Origin: Coriobacteriales bacterium
Lineage (GTDB): Bacteria; Actinomycetota; Coriobacteriia; Coriobacteriales; UBA8131
Length of the DNA: 24,000 bases
NCBI GenBank assembly: GCA_031274985.1
Contig: JAISPK010000016.1
Location: 222-24,221 of the forward strand
Reading direction: 5' to 3'
Numbering within the stretch: the stretch's first letter is position 1; every line of letters starts with the position of its first letter. Below the pieces are notes generated by a model. It worked only from the letters and a program-made list of their open reading frames with translations. It searched no databases and was not told the origin of the DNA. Positions 7,993 to 14,267 of this stretch are shown in pieces. The position numbers and the translations under genes are program-made.

Positions 7993-8825
7993 TTGTGTAC
8001 GCTCCTTTTAAAGAAGAATACCGACAGTACTAACGGTGCGATGATCCAGAAAACAATCCCCGCCAGCATCAAAAGCTCGCTCGAAACATTGGTGATCATT
8101 CTGGTGAGCTCGATGAGGCTCGGGCCAAAGATCGTCTCTCCGCCAAGGCTCACAATTGCCAGGATCCTTACCGCGTCCGCCGGGTTGAGCAGGATCGTGC
8201 TCACCAGAAAAACGGCCATGGACGTACCGCTGAACAGATTTGCTGCCGCCATGACCAGCAGGTCATAGACAAGGATGAAAAAGACCCAGACTATCGCACT
8301 GACGATGAGCGCGGTGATCCGCTTTTTTACGAGCACCGAAACCAGCAGGGATATGCTCAAAAACGCCAGAGCGAGCAGGATGGTAAGACCAACGAAAATG
8401 AGGTAGGCCTGTGCGTCAACCGCTGACACGTTAAAGGCAACGACCATTCCCATGAGGCCAAAGCCCACAACGATGGTAACGATGAGCGCGGCAGCTATCC
8501 CCAGATACTTGCCGAGGATCAGCTCAAGGGCGCTGATTGGCTTTGACAGCATCAAATCCATCGTGCCCAGCTCTCTCTCGCTTGAGATTGAGGTGCCACC
8601 CAGCAAAAGCGTGATCATCGGAATGAGCAGCAAAACCAGATTGAGCAGGCTCGCGGTGGTTTTATTGAAGCTCTCAAAGCCCATGGTGGTGCTGTTGAAG
8701 ATTCCCAGATAGATAATCGAAAAAGACAGGGCGATAAAGACCGCCAGAAAGGCATAGAACCACCGGTTGCGCAGAGAGTCCAGTATCTCTTTGCCTATCA
8801 GTATTTTGATCGTGTGCAGATTCAT
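7989..8825 (-). CDS. nosY: ABC-2-type permease, NosY-like
   Basis: The 278-aa protein is highly hydrophobic with about 6 TM segments. It lies between nosL and nosF and is translationally coupled to nosF. Confidence 0.75.
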   Translation of the reverse strand: MNLHTIKILIGKEILDSLRNRWFYAFLAVFIALSFSIIYLGIFNSTTMGFESFNKTTASLLNLVLLLIPMITLLLGGTSISSERELGTMDLMLSKPISALELILGKYLGIAAALIVTIVVGFGLMGMVVAFNVSAVDAQAYLIFVGLTILLALAFLSISLLVSVLVKKRITALIVSAIVWVFFILVYDLLVMAAANLFSGTSMAVFLVSTILLNPADAVRILAIVSLGGETIFGPSLIELTRMITNVSSELLMLAGIVFWIIAPLVLSVFFFKRSVHK

Positions 8826-8828
8826 TAG

Positions 8829-8860
8829 CCTGTCGCTGTCTCTATCGCTGTCTCTATCGC
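8829..8860. repeat. 12-bp tandem repeat (cgctgtctctat, about 2.6 copies) in the nosL-nosY spacer
   Basis: Read directly from the sequence: ctgt cgctgtctctat cgctgtctctat cgcg. Confidence 0.8.
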
Positions 8861-8874
8861 GGTTTTACAACTGC

Positions 8875-9381
8875 TTAATGCAGCATCATCTCGCTGCCCA
8901 TGGGGCCATTATCGTCAGTAGACATCATCTCTCTACGCATCTTCATGGTGTCCATAACATCTGCCCAGCTCACCTCTTCGCCGGTGTACTCCGCGAGGAA
9001 GGCATCCAGGCTGCTCTTGTCTGCAAAGGCAACGAATCCTGAATTCATCGGGGTCATCACTTTTTCTGATGAGGCAAAAAGTGCCGTTTCGGTGCTGACC
9101 CACTCCAGTGAATAGAAGTCCCTGACGTAGCAGGTTCCCTCGAGGGCTATACCCTTTACGATATAGACTGCCATACAGGCGATGTCGTCGAATTTGTCCA
9201 CGGTTTTGGCATCGACAACAATCTGAGCAGCAAACTGATTGTCCATGACCGTCATGGAGCAGTTAGCGCAGACGTCTACCTTCTCGTCTATGGGTTTGGG
9301 CGCAAGACCCGCTCCTCCCACGCAGCCTGTCAGAGCCACCACAAACAGCAACACCGCCACAAAAGAAATACGTTTTTTCAT
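8875..9381 (-). CDS. nosL: NosL copper-chaperone-type lipoprotein
   Basis: It has a lipoprotein signal (VVALTGC). The segment DVCANCSMTVMD parallels the NosL CxxCxM...D motif. The later YVRD and GFVAFADKSSLDAFLAEYTG segments resemble NosL family conservation. Confidence 0.8.
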   Translation of the reverse strand: MKKRISFVAVLLFVVALTGCVGGAGLAPKPIDEKVDVCANCSMTVMDNQFAAQIVVDAKTVDKFDDIACMAVYIVKGIALEGTCYVRDFYSLEWVSTETALFASSEKVMTPMNSGFVAFADKSSLDAFLAEYTGEEVSWADVMDTMKMRREMMSTDDNGPMGSEMMLH

Positions 9382-9437
9382 AGTAACTTCCCTTTCTTCA
9401 CTCGCCTTGATACCACTTTATACCAGTAACAATTCTC

Positions 9438-10826
9438 TCACTTCTTAAAACTTCTCGACACGGTTCTCATAAAACCAACGCCCAGCAAAACGGCACACAG
9501 CGACACCGCAAAGGTAACTACGCCCGCTGCGGTGCTCTTTTGCGAGACGATCTTCTCCAGCAGGTCCGTGTTTCCGTCGTGCATCAAAGGAAACTCATCA
9601 ACGATCTCTGCCCGTTTGACAACCGGAAACATCGCGTCAACCGTTTTGAGCAGATTGGCGGTGGGACTCTCGGAAAACAGCCTCATAAAGGGAAACTCAT
9701 ACATCGAGTACTCAAAGGCCGAGCCGGAGCGATAGGCGGTATCCCCTACCCCGTCTTTTTGGGTGTCAATACCGGAGTAATCGCTCCAATAGTTTCCTCT
9801 GCCCTCGTGCGACCAAAAATCATTGGTTCTGATCTCATTGACCGAGACCTGCTGAAAATTGTCGAGAAAACTGTTGTCGGTAAAAACGTTTTCCCAGTTG
9901 CTCCCCAGCATCTCCATGCCAATGTCGTTTTGCATCATCGTGTTGTTTTTGAAATACAATCGGTTAGACAGGTCTGAGTACACCCCGATGTTGTTTTTAA
10001 AGAACAGGTTGTTCTCAATGACCCCGTCGGATACCAGCTGAAAAAACAGGCCAAAGCAGCGCGGCCCCGTGTTCTCGGCAAACACGTTGTGGTCCAAGGT
10101 TATGTTCAGTGAAAACATTATCGCTGCTCCTGAAACATTGTGGCCTAAATAGTTGTACCGAAAGACATTGTCGTCCGAAGACATGTAGTGCAGACCGTAG
10201 CGCACAAAGGTAACGCAGCTATTGGAAACCGTTGTTTTGTCGCATTGATCAAAATAAATCCCGTCCCGGGTAGCCGTTATCACATTGCCGTCAGCAAGAT
10301 TATTTCTCGTGTTAAAAAAATGGATCCCGTTTCCTCGTTTGGAGAATTGCTCCTCTTCAAACCCGGTAATGCTGTTGTCTTTAAGCAAAACGTTTTCGCA
10401 CTCGCTCACGTAAATGCCAAAGAGCACGTCTTGGAGCTTGTTGTCGATAACCTCAGAGTTGCTGGCTCCTTCTATCAGGATTCCCGCATCGTTATCCAGG
10501 TAATTACGGCCACTCGAGCAGATGGTAAAGCCTTTGATAACGACCCTGGCATCGCGCGCCTCAACAACGTGCCTGGTGTAGCTGCCATTAATGACCGCCT
10601 GATGCCTCTCGACCGACTCAAGGGTGACCGCTTTATTGATGAGCAGGTTCTCTGTGTATACGCCCGGGGCTACCCTGATGACATCCCCGTCCTGTGCGGC
10701 ATCGAGCGCAGAGCTAATCGTCGCAAACGGCTTGTCCTGACCAACTTCCAGCTCTGCAGCAGACGCTGAGGCGGCAGGTATGAGAATGAACAGCAGGGCA
10801 AATATCAGGCACGTTTTCTTGCCCAC
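9438..10826 (-). CDS. nosD: NosD, parallel beta-helix copper-centre maturation protein, with a C-terminal TM anchor
   Basis: The signal peptide ends ASASA/AE. There are repeated beta-helix turns (DNSITG, GNGIHFF, GNVITATRDGIYF, VRYGLHYMSSDDNVFRYN, NVSGAAIMFS, NNIGVYSD). The C-terminus has the hydrophobic segment VVTFAVSLCAVLLGVGF. Confidence 0.85.
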   Translation of the reverse strand: MGKKTCLIFALLFILIPAASASAAELEVGQDKPFATISSALDAAQDGDVIRVAPGVYTENLLINKAVTLESVERHQAVINGSYTRHVVEARDARVVIKGFTICSSGRNYLDNDAGILIEGASNSEVIDNKLQDVLFGIYVSECENVLLKDNSITGFEEEQFSKRGNGIHFFNTRNNLADGNVITATRDGIYFDQCDKTTVSNSCVTFVRYGLHYMSSDDNVFRYNYLGHNVSGAAIMFSLNITLDHNVFAENTGPRCFGLFFQLVSDGVIENNLFFKNNIGVYSDLSNRLYFKNNTMMQNDIGMEMLGSNWENVFTDNSFLDNFQQVSVNEIRTNDFWSHEGRGNYWSDYSGIDTQKDGVGDTAYRSGSAFEYSMYEFPFMRLFSESPTANLLKTVDAMFPVVKRAEIVDEFPLMHDGNTDLLEKIVSQKSTAAGVVTFAVSLCAVLLGVGFMRTVSRSFKK

Positions 10827-11488
10827 AGCTTATCACCCCAAGTGCCGACAAACACAAAGACTGCACTTGCAACGAGGAAGAAAAATCCTATGCGAAACGA
10901 GCTGTAGGTGGTGAAATTGGCCAGATGGTTTTCGCCGATCATCGGCGGTACAAAAGGTGGAACGATGATAGGCGCATCAGGAGCCAGGTTTGACCCAAAG
11001 GTCTGGAGCCAGTGATACATGTCATAGAGTCCTACTGCGGCACCAACGACAAACAGGGCGCAGGCAATGTAGGCAAGTTTTCGCGACCCGAGGAGCGCTA
11101 CGGCAACAATGAGCGCTGCCATACCCCAGATAATGTACTTAATATACTGGAGCTCCGGAAAGCCTGCTTCGCTGATTTTGTCCATGCCGATGTAGTGATT
11201 CAAAGCATTGAGGTTTACGATGTCATACTCGCCCTGACCTGCCAGTTTATCGGGGTACACGATGATTGACAGACCCTCCGGATACTGCGGTGCTAACAGA
11301 TCCAGCCCCCACCAGGGCAAAAAGGACGACACGAGCAACAGGATTGCTCCCCCTATCAAGAGGCCTCTGCTCGCAGTTGGAAACTTCTTCTTGTGCCTGG
11401 GCTGAACTTTTTTCTTCCCGGGATCTGACGATTCCTGCGCCTGCGCGCTGCCGCCTTGAGCTTCGTTGGAAAGTGATACTGCACTCAT
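10805..11488 (-). CDS. Integral membrane protein directly downstream of nosZ (NosB-like by position and topology)
   Basis: The 227-aa protein has a basic cytoplasmic N-terminus and about 4 TM segments. It overlaps nosD by 22 nt. Clade II nos clusters typically carry the membrane protein nosB at this position. The assignment is positional only. Confidence 0.5.
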   Translation of the reverse strand: MSAVSLSNEAQGGSAQAQESSDPGKKKVQPRHKKKFPTASRGLLIGGAILLLVSSFLPWWGLDLLAPQYPEGLSIIVYPDKLAGQGEYDIVNLNALNHYIGMDKISEAGFPELQYIKYIIWGMAALIVAVALLGSRKLAYIACALFVVGAAVGLYDMYHWLQTFGSNLAPDAPIIVPPFVPPMIGENHLANFTTYSSFRIGFFFLVASAVFVFVGTWGDKLWARKRA

Positions 11489-11520
11489 AGTTGTGTCCCC
11501 GTCTCTCTCTTGGTTGCACA

Positions 11521-11569
11521 GTCAAACAAAGGGGGTGCGGGAAAAGTCACCAACTCGTCCGCACCCCCC
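11521..11569 (-). terminator. Intrinsic-terminator-like hairpin between nosZ and the next gene
   Basis: On the minus strand, GGGGGTGCGG, an 18-nt loop and CCGCACCCCC form a perfect 10-bp GC-rich stem. The stem is followed by TTTGTTTG and lies 14 nt after the nosZ stop. Confidence 0.6.
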
Positions 11570-11582
11570 AGTATACTGGAAA

Positions 11583-13418
11583 TTACTTAGGCTTAACTAA
11601 GAGATAGCCCTGCATCTCCTGATGGAGTGCCGAACAGAAGTTAGAGCAAAAGTACGGAAATACTCCGGCTTTGTTGGCCGTGAACTTAACCGTACTGGTT
11701 TGCCCGGGTTGTACCTCAAAGTTAACATTGTGGAGATTGATAGCAAACCCGTGGGTAATATCCTGATCGAGGTCGATGTTGGTGAGGTGGATGGTGACGT
11801 TGTCGCCTTGGTTGACCTGAACCACGTCGGGCAGGAAGCGCGAACGTACGGCAAGGGCGTACACGGTTACGTCGCTGCCATTTCTCTCGATTCTTGCCTC
11901 TTCTTCACTCCAGATAGAATCGGGATTGCTCGGATCCTTAGGAATGACGAAGATCGTCTTGATCTTGTCGGCTTTGATCGTCTGAGCATAGTGGGGCTCA
12001 GGATCGATAGGCGCCTCGTTGATGACGGCCATCTTGTCGCTGGCAAGGTCGACGAGCTGCATGTTCTCAGGATGCGAGGGGCCCACCGGCAGGTGACGGT
12101 CTGTTGAGAGCTTGTTTAAAGCAACGAGATATTTGCCGTCGGGGCTGACGGTGTCGCCCTCAGCGGCGGTGCTGTGTCCCGGGCTGTACTGAACCGCAAC
12201 GGTGTCGACAACTTTCCACTCGCCTATCTTCCACTTGGCAACGGTGCTGTCGACAAACAGGGTCGTATAGGCCCAACCATCAAGACCAAACTGGGTGTGC
12301 AGGGGCCCGAGACCCGCTTCGACCTCGGCCTCAAGTACGGACTCATAGTTCAAAATCGGAATGCCGCGCTTGGTTTCCAGATAGTCTTTTGCGTCAATAG
12401 CCTTGAGCATTTTCTCAAAGCTGAATACGCTGCAGATTGGAGCCAGCTTGCCGTTGGTGATGAAGTATTTGCCGTCAGGGGTCACGTCAACGCCGTGCGG
12501 GCTTTTGGCCGCCGGAATTGCGTACACAACGCCCTCGGTTTTTTCGGGATCAATCACTTTTTGGCCGTTGATCTCGGTATACTTGCCGTCAGCTACAGCC
12601 TGTTCAGCGGCCTTCCAGTTGATGCACATACAATAGTCGGTCTCGTTTTTGGAGGCATTGACCTCAAGCAGCGTGCTGGCTTCTTCGGAGTTGTAGGTTG
12701 ACATAAACGCCCAGCCTTCCGAGGGACCCTTGCCCGCGTCTGAGAGATCGTAGTTCCAGGGCGGAAGCTTGATCTGCCAGGCCGGCGTCATAAAACCGGT
12801 GGCCTGATCAATAGCAATGGCCTGCATGACGCCATCGTACTTAGCGCTGTATTGATCCAGTTCGTAGTAGGCACCGTCCATCGGAACCGAGAATCTCGTA
12901 CCCATCATAAAGTACTCTGTGTTGGGGGTGACAAATACAGCGGAGTGGGGTCCCATGAGATTGGGGATCGGTCCGACGATCTGCTTGGTCTGGAAGGTTG
13001 TGAGGTCAATCATCGCGGCACGGTTGTTTGCGTTGTCGTTGGCAAACAGGAACCGTCCGTCGTAATCGCCCTTTGTTTCGCTTAGTGAAGGGTGGTGCAG
13101 GTCTCCCCAGGTAAAGTCACCCATCATCGCTTTGGTGTGCTCATCAAATCCGTAGCCTGTTGCTGAGTCTTGAGAAAACACCGGAATGGTACGAATGCGC
13201 CTGAGTGACGGAACTCCTATGACAAATATCTGCCCGGAGTGACCACCTGAGGCAAACATGTAGTACTCGTCGTGTTCTCCGGGTGGCACAAAGAGTCTGA
13301 CGTCACCTGCAGCAACGCTTGGTGTTCCAGCTGGCGTGCATCCTGCCAGCCCTGCCGCCGTAGCAGCAGCAATGGTCCCGCCTCCCATAATGAATGATCT
13401 TCTCGACAGTTCTTTCAT
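11583..13418 (-). CDS. nosZ: Nitrous-oxide reductase NosZ (Tat signal plus lipobox; clade II-type DxHH motif)
   Basis: The CuA site is HGF...CSNFCSALHQEM. Seven candidate CuZ histidines are present (GDLHHPS, GPHSAVF, SPHGVDVTPDG, GPLHTQF, SPGHST, EPHYAQ). The N-terminus is MKELSRRSFIMGGGTIAAATAAGLAGC. Confidence 0.95.
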   Translation of the reverse strand: MKELSRRSFIMGGGTIAAATAAGLAGCTPAGTPSVAAGDVRLFVPPGEHDEYYMFASGGHSGQIFVIGVPSLRRIRTIPVFSQDSATGYGFDEHTKAMMGDFTWGDLHHPSLSETKGDYDGRFLFANDNANNRAAMIDLTTFQTKQIVGPIPNLMGPHSAVFVTPNTEYFMMGTRFSVPMDGAYYELDQYSAKYDGVMQAIAIDQATGFMTPAWQIKLPPWNYDLSDAGKGPSEGWAFMSTYNSEEASTLLEVNASKNETDYCMCINWKAAEQAVADGKYTEINGQKVIDPEKTEGVVYAIPAAKSPHGVDVTPDGKYFITNGKLAPICSVFSFEKMLKAIDAKDYLETKRGIPILNYESVLEAEVEAGLGPLHTQFGLDGWAYTTLFVDSTVAKWKIGEWKVVDTVAVQYSPGHSTAAEGDTVSPDGKYLVALNKLSTDRHLPVGPSHPENMQLVDLASDKMAVINEAPIDPEPHYAQTIKADKIKTIFVIPKDPSNPDSIWSEEEARIERNGSDVTVYALAVRSRFLPDVVQVNQGDNVTIHLTNIDLDQDITHGFAINLHNVNFEVQPGQTSTVKFTANKAGVFPYFCSNFCSALHQEMQGYLLVKPK

Positions 13419-13444
13419 AGTTTGTCCCTCTCTCTTAATACTCT

Positions 13445-13909
13445 CTAACTGTTATAACCTTTCAAAATTTCGATTACCTCTTGCTTCTCAGTATCTGAAA
13501 GTGGTGAGTTGCCCAGGATCACTGACATGGTCCCTTCCGGCTTGTCCATGAACTCTTCGAGCGTGAGCCCAAAGCGCTTATTAACCTCCGTGTAGGCACC
13601 TGCCAGATCAGGCCCGGTTCCGTTGCCCTTTAAGCCCAACGGGCTTATGTCGTGGCATTTCATACAGTTGCGCTTAACCAGGATGTTGGTTTCTTCGCTG
13701 TTTGTTGCGTTGTTGTCGTTGTTGGCGTTGTTGTCGTTGTCGTTTGCCGCCTGTTGAGTGTTTGCCTGCGCGTCGTCAGTACTGTTGGAGGCCGCGCAGC
13801 CGGCTATCTGGCCTACTGCTCCCAGACTCAAAATAACCACGACAATAAAAAGTAGGCCTTTGTGTAAGAGATTCTTCAAGTTTACCCTCCTTAGGTTTGT
13901 AGGAATCAT
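13445..13909 (-). CDS. Monohaem c-type cytochrome lipoprotein upstream of nosZ (NosC-like)
   Basis: It has a single CxxCH (CMKCHD), a lipobox (GQIAGC) and an Asn/Asp-rich linker. I prefer the ATG at 13909, which is preceded by GGAAAGGAACGGG. The ORF track start at 13981 (GTG) would add 24 residues ahead of the signal peptide. Confidence 0.75.
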   Translation of the reverse strand: MIPTNLRRVNLKNLLHKGLLFIVVVILSLGAVGQIAGCAASNSTDDAQANTQQAANDNDNNANNDNNATNSEETNILVKRNCMKCHDISPLGLKGNGTGPDLAGAYTEVNKRFGLTLEEFMDKPEGTMSVILGNSPLSDTEKQEVIEILKGYNS

Positions 13910-14053
13910 CCCGTTCCTTTCCGCTTTGCAGTTTTGCTGTTCTGCGCGTCCGGCAAAGCCGGATGTTGCAGAATTCACCACTGTTTCTCTCCCTGGTTCC
14001 CGCGCTTTGAGATAGTCTCTGCTTTCTTTAAAGCACAGGAGTACACAGTCATA

Positions 14054-14083
14054 ATTCTATCGCCGACGGTAACAGTAAAGCAA
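14054..14083 (-). promoter_or_regulatory. Candidate nos operon promoter (TTGCTT-N18-TAGAAT on the minus strand)
   Basis: The minus strand reads TTGCTTTACTGTTACCGTCGGCGATAGAAT. The -35 region overlaps TTTAC/GTTAC copies of the repeat motif seen elsewhere in this spacer. Confidence 0.35.
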
Positions 14084-14134
14084 CGACTCCGCCCGAATAA
14101 TGAATTAACTTAGTCTTATAAACATTAAAAAAGA

Positions 14135-14164
14135 ATTACATTTACGGCATTTACCTCGTTTTAC
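14135..14164 (+). promoter_or_regulatory. Phased direct repeats of TTTAC (candidate OmpR-family response-regulator binding array)
   Basis: ATTAC lies at 14135 and TTTAC at 14141, 14150 and 14160. The last three are spaced 9 and 10 bp apart. The array sits in the divergent nos / two-component-system intergenic region. Confidence 0.4.
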
Positions 14165-14218
14165 CCTGTTTTCTCTGGTAGTCTTGTTGCATCATCTAAG
14201 AGTGAACCTTGCGGGTCA

Positions 14219-14235
14219 GTAAACGCGAAGTAAAC
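14219..14235 (+). promoter_or_regulatory. Two GTAAAC copies (reverse complement of GTTTAC) 11 bp apart, embedded among three GGGTCAGT repeats
   Basis: GTAAAC lies at 14219 and 14230. GGGTCAGT lies at 14213, 14240 and 14256. All are just upstream of the kinase start. Confidence 0.35.
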
Positions 14236-14267
14236 ACGAGGGTCAGTCAGTAAGAGGGTCAGTGAAC

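Noticed and set aside
9532-10769. Plus-strand ORFs (67-193 aa) antisense to nosD
   Set aside because: These are shadow ORFs opposite a well-supported gene. Their translations are low-complexity or Arg/Val-rich, with no motifs. The same reasoning applies to antisense ORFs at 2931-3838, 3851-4444, 6027-6569, 7265-7962, 11622-12701, 14514-15011, 15243-16082, 16805-17969, 18600-19692 and 22228-23537.
11583-13418. NosZ with a fused C-terminal cytochrome c domain (Wolinella-type cNosZ)
   Set aside because: The protein ends 13 residues after the CuA motif (…HQEMQGYLLVKPK). It has no CxxCH, so there is no fusion.
13910-13981. N-terminal 24-residue extension of the cytochrome c ORF (GTG at 13981)
   Set aside because: The extension would place a hydrophilic segment ahead of an already long lipoprotein signal peptide. 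The internal ATG at 13909 has a good GGAAAGGA ribosome-binding site. The GTG also has an AGGGAG upstream, so it stays as an alternative rather than being excluded.
13982-14261. FNR/CRP-type box (TTGAT-N4-ATCAA) controlling nos
   Set aside because: I scanned the spacer by eye on both strands and found no sequence close to this palindrome. Only the TTTAC-type direct repeats stand out.
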